64,000 nt of DNA from Selaginella moellendorffii. Taxonomy: Eukaryota; Plantae; Lycopodiophyta. Position 1 is the stretch's first letter. Each line of letters starts with the position of its first letter. The position numbers and the translations under genes are program-made. The notes beneath the pieces were generated by a model. The model was not told where the DNA came from. It searched no databases and worked only from the letters and a program-made list of their open reading frames with translations. Below, in pieces: positions 52,988 to 64,000 of the stretch. The DNA lies in NCBI RefSeq assembly GCF_000143415.4, contig NW_003314328.1, positions 249,241 to 313,240 of the forward strand. Direction: 5' to 3'.

Positions 52988-54139
52988 ATGGCAACCTGGG
53001 AGCCAAAGTTGCCTTCTTCCTTCCACGAGACGTCTCTCTGGTCGCTCAAATCCAGTGCCGCTAGCGCTACCACCGCCGCTGATCACAACCACCACCACTT
53101 CTCTTGGTCTCCTCTAGGTTCCAGCGATTCGCCTACCACCGCCACGATGGCCGACAAATCGCTTCTTAGCGCTCTCAACAAAGCTTCGCCTCCATCGCGT
53201 CAATTCGCCACCAGCGGTGACAAGCTCGATCAGCCCACAGATTTTCAGCACGACGGGGACGCTGGAGCTCACGGCTATGGCAGTGCCACCACGAATTCCT
53301 CCACGGCGCCAAACCGGGGCAGCGCCACCATCGCCAACAAGCTCCTCGGTGGGGCGGGAGCTCTAGGAACAGGATCCGGGAAGGTAACAAAGAAGCGAGC
53401 TCGCGCGTCGCGGAAGCCTCCCACCACCGTCCTCGAGGCGGACAGCTCCAACTTCCGGGCGATGGTGCAGCAGCTCACTGGGATCCCGTCGGTTCCGTTC
53501 CTCTCCTCGTCGATGCACCAGCGAAACGGCCTCGAGTTCCTGGATCTCGGCAGGCCCCCGACGGCCACACGCTCGATCCTGGGCTTCGCAGGTCCACACC
53601 ACCAGGCGTTGCAGGGACTTCCACCGCTCGACCCCTCGGCTTTGCTCCCAGCTTTCGGCTCGAGAGCTCACTCCGAGGCCACGGCCGCTGGGTTTGGATC
53701 ATCGTCGCCATACTTCAAGTACATGTCCGCCGCGGTGGCCGCCAGCGCTGCTCCTCACGAGCACTCGAGGCAGCAGCAAGCTCCTCCCAGTATGGGGGAC
53801 TTTCTGAGAACACCGCTGGACGAGCTCGGCCTGGACCAGAATGCGAGCTCGCCACTGCTGAGCTCGCTGGATCAGCAGCAGCAACACGAGCAGCAGCGTG
53901 TAAATCTTCCCAGGAAATTGGAGAGCTCGGAGCTCTCGTCCATGCCTTCGATGTGGGAAGGAGGTGGCGATAGCTCGAGTCGAGAGTTGCAGGCGACGAA
54001 TTGCAAGACCGAGGATGGTGGTCCGGAGCATGGAACTGATGATACCGGCGACCAGGAGGGATCCAACAGTAGGATGGTTCACATTGTGGATTCGTGGTTG
54101 TCCCATGCAGATCAAACCACGGATCACAAGCAGCACTGA
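52988..54139 (+). CDS. VQ-motif protein (intronless CDS; probable 5' UTR intron ~52732-52935)
   Basis: KKRARASRKPPTTVLEADSSNFRAMVQQLTG (FxxxVQxLTG motif); first in-frame ATG at 52988. Confidence 0.9.
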   Translation: MATWEPKLPSSFHETSLWSLKSSAASATTAADHNHHHFSWSPLGSSDSPTTATMADKSLLSALNKASPPSRQFATSGDKLDQPTDFQHDGDAGAHGYGSATTNSSTAPNRGSATIANKLLGGAGALGTGSGKVTKKRARASRKPPTTVLEADSSNFRAMVQQLTGIPSVPFLSSSMHQRNGLEFLDLGRPPTATRSILGFAGPHHQALQGLPPLDPSALLPAFGSRAHSEATAAGFGSSSPYFKYMSAAVAASAAPHEHSRQQQAPPSMGDFLRTPLDELGLDQNASSPLLSSLDQQQQHEQQRVNLPRKLESSELSSMPSMWEGGGDSSSRELQATNCKTEDGGPEHGTDDTGDQEGSNSRMVHIVDSWLSHADQTTDHKQH

Positions 54140-55842
54140 GGAGAGTCTACACACTGATATACATCGCTAATAATTTTCGCGGAGCTGTAGAGACACGCAC
54201 GTTTTTAACTTTAGAAGTTCCAGAGGTTGGGCTGCTTTCACAGATGCGAGCTTCTCAGCATAACGTTTTACTACAGTAGAGAACAAGGAATTAAAAATAT
54301 ACACCTTTCATGCCTCACTTTCAGGAAGCCCAGAAGAATTACCAAAGAAACAAAGCGATGAGGAAAATCTCGAAGAAGAGACTAGCAGCCACCCTGACCA
54401 TGGGAATCAGAAAAAAGTGTATAAAGGCAAATGGAAAGTGGAGAAATCATACCTCGCAAGCCGGGAGATGGAAAGCAAAATTCCAAGGCACCTGAGAAAA
54501 GGTCGATGACATGATAAGAAAACTAGGAGCAGCTTTGCAATGTCTTGTTCGCACCATATGTTTGGAGAAAACGTGAGCAACTGCCAAGATGTTTATCTTA
54601 TGCTTCGTGTGAGATACTTGGAACAAGATTACTAGAAAAGTATGCTAGTCCTGAGCTTGACTTAGTTTCATCATAGAAACTTCTGGATCGTCAAGTCCTC
54701 GCAGGCATCATGTAAGAATGCATTTCAGATTTAATGTTCTTTAAGTCAGAGGAGATACAAGCTTACAGGCGTCCTTTTCAAGTGGATCCCACGAAGCGGC
54801 AAATCCCCTGAGGCGCTTCCCCTGAGCTCGAGCACGCTACCATAACCAGTGTAATCCATCTCCACGCACTCTTTGCCCACATCCATGATAAGCCTTTGCT
54901 GCTGAGAGGGATTTGAGAAAAACGGGCAGATCCTTGGCCAAGGGCTGAAGACGCAATCCTGCCACATATCGTGGCTGGGGCAAGTTGCTGCTGGTCTGGG
55001 GATATGGCATGTACTTTCTGCCTCAACAAGCTCTTCTAGTGGCACCAAGCAGCTCTGGAGTGGAAATGAGTCTGATGTTATTATGTTATTGTGCTATCAG
55101 TGCTCAACATGGGGCTATGAAGGATGAGGAGATAATGACAGGATGGCTGCTAGAAAAAGTTGAAAGTTCCTGCTGGTTAGCACTTTCAGCATTTGCAAAG
55201 TTTAAAGCAAATATGAAGTAACATTATAATGCTCAGAGGATTTTGAAACTTTATTTCTTCTTATCCTATTAATATTTTAAAGATAAAAAATATTAAGGTT
55301 TGAAATATTTTATTTAATGTTGAAAATTTAAATGTCTTTTATGCTGGAATGAAGTAGAATTTACAGATTAAATCAATAAAAGTTGTCAAAGAAATTCATC
55401 ATTAAGACACTTAAACACTCTTAAACACCCAAGAAGTAGTGTTTGGTATCATGAGGGTATTAAATAAAACTATAAGGACTAAATCGTTAAAGAATAATGA
55501 ATATAAGGTGCTATCCAATGTTTAAAGTGGTAGAAAGTTAAAGATGGGAGAAATTAATCTATCCAAAATTAGATAAAGCTAATTTTTTTTTAACAAGGTT
55601 AGTAACAGACATACAAAGGATCGTGAGTAGCAACATTAATCCTTGTGTGTGGGATTACAAGATGAGTATATCCAGATTGAGGAACCACTCTCAACCTATT
55701 GGGTAGATTTATCCTTGCTAAGGTATGGGAGAAAATAAAATGTTATTTTTCTAACCTAGAAAAGAATAACCAAAGGGAACATATAATGTGAAAAAGCAAA
55801 TAATAAAAAGATAGAACTGAATCATAAGAATTGAAGAGCATA

Positions 55843-58800
55843 GCTAAAGTTGGTTGTGCAAATTGGGAGTGAAGAATCAAATGGGTGTTACTACTTAAAG
55901 GTGTTGCTATTGGAAATTATGATGCCATAGACAGTCTAAAGTATGGAATTGTCCATATTAGATTATATGGCAATTAAAAAGTTTGCAAAAGAACAGGCAT
56001 TAGCAAGTTAAGGGATAAAGTCCCTTTAATATTCCCAAAGACAATTCCAGGTAGGTTAGTACCTAGAAAGACAAGTGTAAATAGTTTATTAGAACATATG
56101 AAATCAGAGTGATATAACAAAAACGTGGTCTTGAAGCTTACTATGAGGCAAAACTATTAAAGTTAGGGAACTAATTCCCAAATGTGAAAAGAAATGGCTT
56201 TGAATGAAAATTGATGGTTAAAGACTTTCATGCTTATACATGAAATCATATTACGGTGGTCAAGTGATTTGCTAAGTGAGATTGGCAAGTTGGGGGAGCA
56301 AAAGCCTTAGTTGAAGGTGTTAACTTAAAAAAAGGTGGCTCATAAAGCTAAGCATGGAAGAGTCTATACATAATCATAGGCTTGTCAAGTGAGAGGATTT
56401 GGTAGTTTAGAGGAATTAGATTTTTGAGTTGTGATCCGTAGCATGTATTGGGTATAATTTGGTGCACTCGCATGAGGAGTCATGCCAGACATTTGTGGTG
56501 ATGCCATCCGTAGATGCATATGCAGGTTGGGTTCGAATCCCAACTCTCTAATGCTTGGGTTCGAATCCCAACTCACTAAGGCATAATGATGGTTTGATAA
56601 TAAAGGGATATAACTAAATTATAGGAATTAAAGTGTATAATTAAGAGTGGTTATGCAAGTTGGGAGTGGAGAATTAAGTGGGTGTTACTACTTAAAGGTG
56701 TTGTTATTGGCAACCGTGTTTCCATGAAGAGTCTAAAGTATGGAATTGTCCATATTGGATTAAATGGCAATTAGAAAGTTTGTGAAAGAAAACTTTTTAG
56801 CAAGTTAAAGGATAGAGTCCCTGTAATATTTCCAAAGATAATTCCAAGTAGGTTAGTACCTAGAAAGACAAGTATAAATGGTTTATTGGAACATGTGAAA
56901 TCAAAGTGATATAGCAAAAGCATGGTTTTGAAACTTGCTATGAGGCAAAGCTATCAAGGTTAGAGAATTAATTCCTAAATGTGAAAAGAGATGACTTTGA
57001 ATGAAAGCTGATAGTTAAGGATTTTCACGCTTATGCATAAAACCATGTTATACTGGTTGGGTGACTTGCTAAGTGAAATTGGCAAGTTAGGGGAACAAAA
57101 ACCCTCGTGTATGTGACTAATTTTTCTATTCTACTTTAGTCACTTAACCACACCTCTAACCATTTGAAAGAGTCTCATTCACAACGTCCATAAGTCCGAT
57201 TTAGGACTTGGGGCTTGTTAGCCCCGAGAATGGCATCCATGCCACTCAACCTTTGCACTTGGTCTAAGTGCTCCACGTGTCTGATCCCATGACCGACACC
57301 CCAAGGTACCACTAACATACCAGCCCATTACGCTAAGGTCATGCCCATTCACCTTGGTCACACAAGTGGTTCAACACCACCTGCATTGTAGTCCCATCTC
57401 TCAAAGACTGAGCCATCCATCCATGAGTAACCATCCTAGATCCACTCCTTAACATCCTTAAGATGCTTATGGGGAATAACCTTCCCCAATATCCCTTTTA
57501 CAATCCCTACCAAGTCTCTTTTCTGTCCATAGCCATGTTCGCCAACACTACCATTGGGACAAGGCCCATAGGCCCGACCATTAAATCCCACTGTCCTTTG
57601 GGACTTCCTCACCACATGACCGTATCCTTGGTCACTACACCAGAGGACAACTCCTCTTCCTTTCCATAGTTTGGGACTTTGAGACAACATTTTGGAACAC
57701 TGTGGCCCTACGCAAGCCTCATGGGTACTTTCCCCACCTTCCGCCTTTGGGTGCTTTAGCCATGGGCTTAGAGTGAGGTTCCGTTGAGCCACGCCAAGTA
57801 TCCAAATAGGTAATGCCACCCACACTTGGACTAGGAGCATTGCCCATTCGATCTCCCGGGGGAACTAGAGCCAGCTCTTGAACACTTCACCAAGTTACCC
57901 TGCTTGTCAGTCTCTATTCACTCTAGCCTTGGACTTCCTAGTGGTTATCTCATCACCCAATAGTTGAGTATGGCTTTCCTGGGCAAAACTAGTCTTTCCT
58001 AGCCAAATTGGCTCCATTGGGGTTCAACCCCCAAACTCCCTTGCAGCCCCTCCTAGGGGACGATCGCTTTGGGTTTTCACCCAACAACCTATATTAGTAT
58101 TTGGACTCGAACTCGGACTCAGACTCGGTTTCGGTCTCAGACTCAGACTCGGTCTCGGTCTCAGACTCAGACTCAGACTCGGACTCGGTCTCGGTTTCGA
58201 TTCCATCTCGGACTCCATCTCGGGTCCATTTCAGACTCCATCTCGGACTCCATCTCAGGTCCATCTCAGACTTCATCTTGGGTCCATCTCAGACTTCATC
58301 TCGGACTCCATCTCGGGTCCATCTCGGACTCCATCTCAGACTCCATCTCGGGTCCATCTTGGACTCCATCTCAGACTCCATCTCAGGTCCATCTTGGACT
58401 CCATCTCGGGTCCATCTCAAACTCCATCTCAGACTCCATCTTAGGTCCATCTTGGACTCCATCTCAGGTCCATCTTGGACTCCATCTCAGGTTCATCTTG
58501 GACTCCATCTCGGACTCCATCTCGGGTCCATCTTGGACTCCATCTCGGGTTTATCTCGGACTCCATCTCGAACACTTTCACATGTCATGTGTTGGTCCTT
58601 TTATGTCCCTTTTTTAGAGACTCACTTATTGCTCACTTCGTGCTTGTTCCTCAAGCCCTTCGTTGGGAGTTCCATTCCCGCTCTCAACTTTCAAGTTAGA
58701 ACTTTTAGTCCAAACGTGTTACGCTCATTTGGCTTTCATTTCGGCAACTATCATGTGGCACCCTTTCGGCTCCACTTTGGGGCTTAGGGATTTGTATCTC

Positions 58801-60680
58801 ACACCTAGTTGAAGGTGTTGACTTCAAAAAGGGTGGCCCATAGGGCTAAGCATAGAGGAGTCCATGCGTAATCATAGACTTGTCAAATAAAAGAACTTGG
58901 TAGTTCAGAGGAATTAGGTTCTTGAGTTGTGATCCATAGCATGCATTGGGTATAATTTAATGCACCAGCATGGGGAGTCATGCCAAGCATCTGTGGTGAT
59001 GTTGTTTGTAGATGCATATGCAAGTTGGGTTTGAGTCCTAACTTTCTAGTGCTTGGGTTTGAATCCCAACTCACTAGGGTGTAATGATGGTTTGATAGTA
59101 AAGGGATAAAATTGAACTATAGGAATTTAAAGGTATACTTAAAGGTGGTTGTGCAAGTTAGGAGTAAAGAATTAAGTGGGTGTTACTACTCAAAGGTGTT
59201 GTTACTTGCAATCGTGCTGCTATGAAGAGTTTAAAGTATGGAATTGTCCATGTTAAATTATATAGCAATTAGAAAGTTTGTGAAAGAAGAGGCTTTAGCA
59301 AGTTAAGGGATAAAGTCCCTCCAATATTCCTGAAGATAATTCCAGGTACGTTAGTACCTAGAAAGACAAATATAAATGGTTTATTGGAATGCGTGAAATC
59401 ATAGTGACATAGCAAAAGAGTGGTCTTGAAGCTTATTATAAGGCAAAACTATCAAGGTTAAGGAATTAGTTCCCGAATGTGAAAAGAAATGACTTTGAAT
59501 GAAAGTCGATGGTTAAGGACTTTCACGCTTATACATGAAACCATATTATGCTGGTTGGGTGACTTGCTAAGCAAAATTGGCAAGTTAAAGGAACAAAGAC
59601 CCTAGTTGAATGTGTTGACTTAAAAAAGGGTGGCTCATAGGGCTAAGCATGGAGGAGTCCATGCATAACCACAGATTTGTCAAGTAAAAGAACTTGGCAA
59701 TTCAGAGGAATTAGGTTCTTGAGTTGTGATCCGTAGTATGCATTGGGTATAATTTGGTGCACTAGCATGGGGAGTCACGCCAGCCATCCGTGGTGATGCC
59801 ATCTGTACATGTATATATAGGTTGGGTTCGAGTCCCAACTTTTTAGTGCTTGGGTTCAAGTCCCAACTCACTAAGGTGTTGTGATGGTTTGATAGTAAAA
59901 GGATAAAATTGAACTATAGCAATTTAAGGGCATAGCTAAGGGTGGTTATGCAAGTTGGGAGTGGAGAATTAAGTGAGTGTTATTGCTCAAAGGTGTTGTT
60001 ATTGGCAACCATGTTGCCATAGAGAGTCTAAAGTATGGAATTGTCTATGTTAAATTATATAGTAATTAGAAAGTTTGCGAAAGGAGAGGCTTTAGCAAGT
60101 TAATAGATAGAGTCCCTCTAATATTCCCAAAGACAATTCCAGGTACGTTAGTACCTAGAAAGACAAGTGTAAATGATTTATTGGAACGTATGAAATTAGA
60201 GTGACATAGCAAAAGAGTGGTTTTGAAGCTTGTTATGAAGCAAAGCTATCAAGGTTAGGGAATTAATTCCTAAATGTGAAAAGAGATAGCTTTTAATGAA
60301 AGTCGATGGTTAAGGATTTTCATGCTTATATATGAAACCATATTATATTGGTCGGGTGATTTGCTAAGCGAGATTGGCAAGTTAGGGGAACAAAGACCCT
60401 AGTTAAAGGTGTTGATTTCAAAAAGGATGGCCCATAAGGCTAAGTATGGAGGAGTTCATACATAATCACAGACTTGTCAAGTGAGAGGATTTGGCAATTA
60501 AGAGGACTTAGGTTCTTGAGCGATCTGTAGCATGCATTAGGTATAATTTGGTGCACCAGCATGGGGAGTCATGCTAGGCATTTGTCGCGATGCCATCCAT
60601 AGATGCATATGCAGGTTGGGTTCGAGTCCCAACTTTTTAGTACTTGGGTTTGAGTCCCAACTCACTAAGGTGTAATGATA
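55843..60680 (+). repeat. Tandem array of ~797-bp units (~4 copies), second unit interrupted by a solo LTR
   Basis: Unit starts recur at ~55843, 56641, 59139 and 59936; shared blocks such as GTTAGTACCTAGAAAGACAAG and AAAGTATGGAATTGTC. Confidence 0.88.
57108..58803 (-). mobile_element. Solo LTR (1696 bp) with internal 6- and 12-bp minisatellites
   Basis: TG...CA termini; TSD CCTCG/CCTAG, where uninterrupted units read CCTAG. GACTC(A/G) and GGACTCCATCTC arrays at ~58103-58570. Homologous to the LTR at 62103. Confidence 0.85.
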
Positions 60681-62102
60681 GTTTGGAATATGAGGATTTT
60701 TCGGTGGTCATGGACTCTTAATAAGGAGACTGGCTTGGGCACACTGCCAAACAAGGGATGCCCTAGAGTTGTGATGCATGGTTAGATTACTTAGTGTGAA
60801 AGTTCGGCATATTTAATTTGAACACTGCAATGTAAGTGGTACCAAGGATGTAATGAGTGAGATAGGGACACCCAATCTTAGTTGCTATGGACCCTTTGCT
60901 AGAAAGGATAGCTTGGGCGCACTGCCAAGTGTGGGAAATGCCTCCGAGGTTATGGTCAACAACTTAAATGTCTAGAAAACTTAGTATCTATTAGAAAACC
61001 TATTAAGGTGCTAAGGTGAGATCACTAGATGATCTTATAGCTAAACAACGACAAGGTCCTTGCTAGGTTAAGGAATAAAGTTCCTAATTCAAAGTGTTGA
61101 TTTGAACTATTGGTAATAATATGGTATGGTCAAGGTGACCAAGTGGGAATGACACATAAGGGAAATACGTTATGGCAATACATGGCATTGTGAGTTTAGT
61201 TTCTAAGGACCCATGGAAGGGTTGTAACATTGAATCGTGGATAGAGCTCACAGAAAAAAATGTTAAGGAGATTTACTAAGGGTGAACACCCTCTAGACTT
61301 AGCAAAACAAAGCCTTTGCTATGAAATCGAAAGGATACCTCAAGGATGGAGGTAATGGTTCTATGTTGTTTGGTGCAATGATCAAAGAATATGAGTAAAA
61401 GATTAGTGCCCAAGAATGGGCATTAAAAATTATTAGAAGGAATCCAATTTATAAGTTAAGAAAGGAACCACCTAGTGGTGGAGGTTAATGGATTGTGTGA
61501 AAGGAAATATATTTCCAACAAATGCTCCAATTTGGCAAAGGTAAAAGTTCCAAAAGATGGAGTAGCAAGGTATCTAAATGATAGGGCTGTAGACAGCCCT
61601 AGCACAAATTATAGAAAAGTGGAACTTAGTACCAAGGGTGGCATGAAATAGAAAAGAGGATGATGGTACTCTCAAATAGAGAATTTCCTAAAATGGGGAA
61701 ATGAAGTTTGCACAATATATGTAATGCAAAATGTTAGAGAGACCCAAGAAATTGACTTGAGAAGTCAAAATTAAAGTTCTAAAGTATGATGGTTATGTTG
61801 ATAAAAGGTGAGACTACTTGAGAATGAGTAGTGGGATTGAGATAGAGAAGGTGTCTCTATCAAGTTTTGGAAAACTAAATAAATATAGGGGAAGAACCAC
61901 CATATGTGATCAAATGACTTTTTAAGTTGGAGAGACTATGCTTCTTAGAGGGGGTAAAGGCATGGTGAGCTTTCGGTGTCGAACCATTGACGAATATTAG
62001 CTTAATACTAAGGAAAATGGTAATCTATAATAGGGTTACTTAAAAAAAAAAATGGTTGAACATTCGATGAGGATATCAAATTTCGTTTATAGGTGGTGGA
62101 GT

Positions 62103-62770
62103 TGTGAAACATAAATCTCTAAGCCCCAAAGTGGAGTCAAAAGGGTGCCATATGGTAGTAGTCGAAGTGGAAATCCAACAAGCATAACATGTTTGGACCA
62201 AAGGTTCCGATATAGAAAGTCAAGAGTGGGAGTGGAACTCCAAACAAAGTGCTTGAGGGATGAGTATGAAGCAATATGTGAATGAGTCTCTAAAAAGGGA
62301 GAAAAGAAGGACTGATATATAGCAAATATTGTGACACATGGAAGTGTCAGGAACGAGTCTGAGAAGGAGTTCAAGATGGAGTCCAAGAAGGAGTCTGAGA
62401 TGGAGTTTGAGATAGAGTAAAAAATAGACCTGAGATGAAGTCCAAGATGGACCCAAGATGGAGTCCAATATGGACCCGAGATGGAGTCTGAGATGGATCC
62501 GAGGTGGAGTTTAGAGTTGAGTTCGAGATGGATCTAAGATAGAGTTTGAGGTTAAGATCGAGACCGAGACCGACACTGACACCAAGGCCAAGACCGAGAC
62601 AGAGACCGAGACCAAGACCGAGACCGAGACCGAGTCTGAGACCGAGTGCGAGTGCGAATCTGAGTGCGAGTGCGAGTGTGAGTGTGAGTGTGAGTGTGAG
62701 TGCGATTCTGAGTCTGAGTTTAAGTCTGAGGGTGAAAGCCCAAAGCATTCGTCTCCCAAACCTTGAGGGG
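62103..62770 (+). mobile_element. 3' LTR (truncated or diverged) of the same family as the solo LTR, preceded by a PPT
   Basis: AGGTGGTGGAGT then TGTGAAACATAAATCTCTAAGCCCCAAAGTGGAG, matching the reverse complement of the solo-LTR end at 58803; same GAGATGGAGTC/GAGACC arrays. Confidence 0.75.
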
Positions 62771-63239
62771 TTTGGTGAGCTTCAAAAGTATAGTATGGGG
62801 AGGACAATAGTGGAGTGTAAGCCACAAATTTTTTCTTTCCAATTTGCTAGCTTACCTCATCTATCCGATCACCATGGCCTTGGCCTTAATAAAGTTCCTT
62901 CACCAAGGTTTTTGCCTATTGTACCAGCTCCTACTTAGTCCTACTTGGTTTCAGCAACTCATTGCATGAACAATGGAGTGTTAGCCCTATATCCACAAAT
63001 TCCCAAATTCTCTCCCAATCCCTTTCCCCGGGCTAGATTGGACTTAACGTTTGGCTACACTCCCCACAAGCACAAGTAGCTAAGCATACTAAGCCATTAA
63101 AGCTCTATTTCGTTAAAGTGGGAATTGTCATTATCCCACTTGTAAAATAAGGTTTCCAAACCTTTATATAGTATATAAATATAACAAAATTCAACTGCAT
63201 TGAGGCACATGCCATTTTATTTTAAACAAGGAAATGTCT

Positions 63240-64000
63240 ACTCAATCACTTCTCACTGCTTCACCTCTCTCTTCTCCTTGTCATTGTCGTCCAATTTCTT
63301 TCCATCCTTTTAATATTGGCTCAGTTGCTCCGAGTCTAGGTGGAGCCCAAGTCCCCATTCAATCTTTACTTTCCCCTTATTAATAAAACAACTTCGTAGA
63401 CTTCCAATAACATGCTGTAACACTTCTAGTATAATGCAAATCCTCTCAAAGAATTGTCTTTTAATATTAATACAATGGCATGGAACCCCATGCCATAATA
63501 AGTTACATTTTTAAATAAATACATGCCATCTCAGACTGTTATTTTTTGCCTCCAACGCCTATACAATAATCTTGGAATTTCATCACTCTCCACACTATCA
63601 GGATTTAAACCCAATAGTAATGCCATCTCTTCTCTAATACGTCCACGCTCATGTTCAGTGGTCGAAGAACCCATCCGGTTGAACAGATTATGGAGATGCG
63701 GATAGTGCTTGGCTAGACAATATACATGCCATAAATGATGACTGGTGTCTGTCCGATCAAATGGCTTCTGATATACCGTTCCATCTGCCATTTGGTTGAT
63801 TTCTGCAGCCACCTCCTGGACTGGCCGGTTCTCTATCACCATCGCTTCAAGCCGTTTTGCAAGGTCCCCCAGAACATACGGTTTCTTCTCCCTAGTTTCC
63901 ATACTGCAAGAGATGGGGTGCACTGCATATGTGTGCGTGTTCGCTGCAGTTTTAATCGGCGAGTCATCGATGATGAGGATTTCACTTGACCTAGCAGTCC
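63240..64000 (-). other. Unknown protein-like reading frame with stops, running off the window
   Basis: 130-aa ORF (63531-63923) with protein-like composition; downstream continuation has stops; no motif recognised. Confidence 0.3.

Noticed and set aside
54310-55221. Short ORFs downstream of the VQ gene
   Set aside because: No recognisable motif or consistent exon chain; I cannot support a gene call.
56523-56575. tRNA gene
   Set aside because: Only T-arm-like hairpins; no acceptor stem, D arm or anticodon arm.
58200-58570. Regularly spaced GGACTCCATCTC repeats as a CRISPR array
   Set aside because: Contiguous tandem units without unique spacers; eukaryotic LTR context; no cas genes.
58024-58787. 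SD-repeat/RP-rich ORFs resembling bacterial Sdr adhesins (also 62371-62938)
   Set aside because: These are translations of 6- and 12-bp minisatellites inside LTRs, open in several frames, with no domain context.

Overview
Eukaryotic land-plant DNA. It is most consistent with a compact lycophyte genome (Selaginella-like); this is inferred from the ~45-70 nt introns, tight gene spacing, a flagellar-type CFAP97-like gene and a MIR159 mature sequence starting with C. There are three zones. (1) 1-15.3 kb is an AT-rich transposon zone: a gag remnant, a 680-bp TRIM, a chromovirus 3' fragment, a TSD-flanked decayed chromovirus (7254-12180) with a self-priming-type PBS and a GGGAAAC/pseudoknot -1 frameshift signal, and a hAT remnant. 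(2) 15.3-54.1 kb is a dense gene island: CFAP97-like, DExH RNA helicase, organellar HisRS with an apparent spliced C-terminal extension, HAM-type GRAS with a miR171 site, an inverted head-to-head FAD6 pair, mitochondrial PDH E1-beta, OTU2-like deubiquitinase, a MIR159/319 hairpin, a 9xFN3 tail-anchored FNDC3-like protein and a VQ protein. (3) 55-64 kb is a repeat zone: a ~797-bp tandem array interrupted by a solo LTR, a related LTR, and an unknown disrupted ORF. The strongest novelty candidates are the HisRS extension, the FNDC3-like protein and the cis-RNA signals of the chromovirus. Exon boundaries were read by eye from GT/AG signals and frame; no database searches were run.
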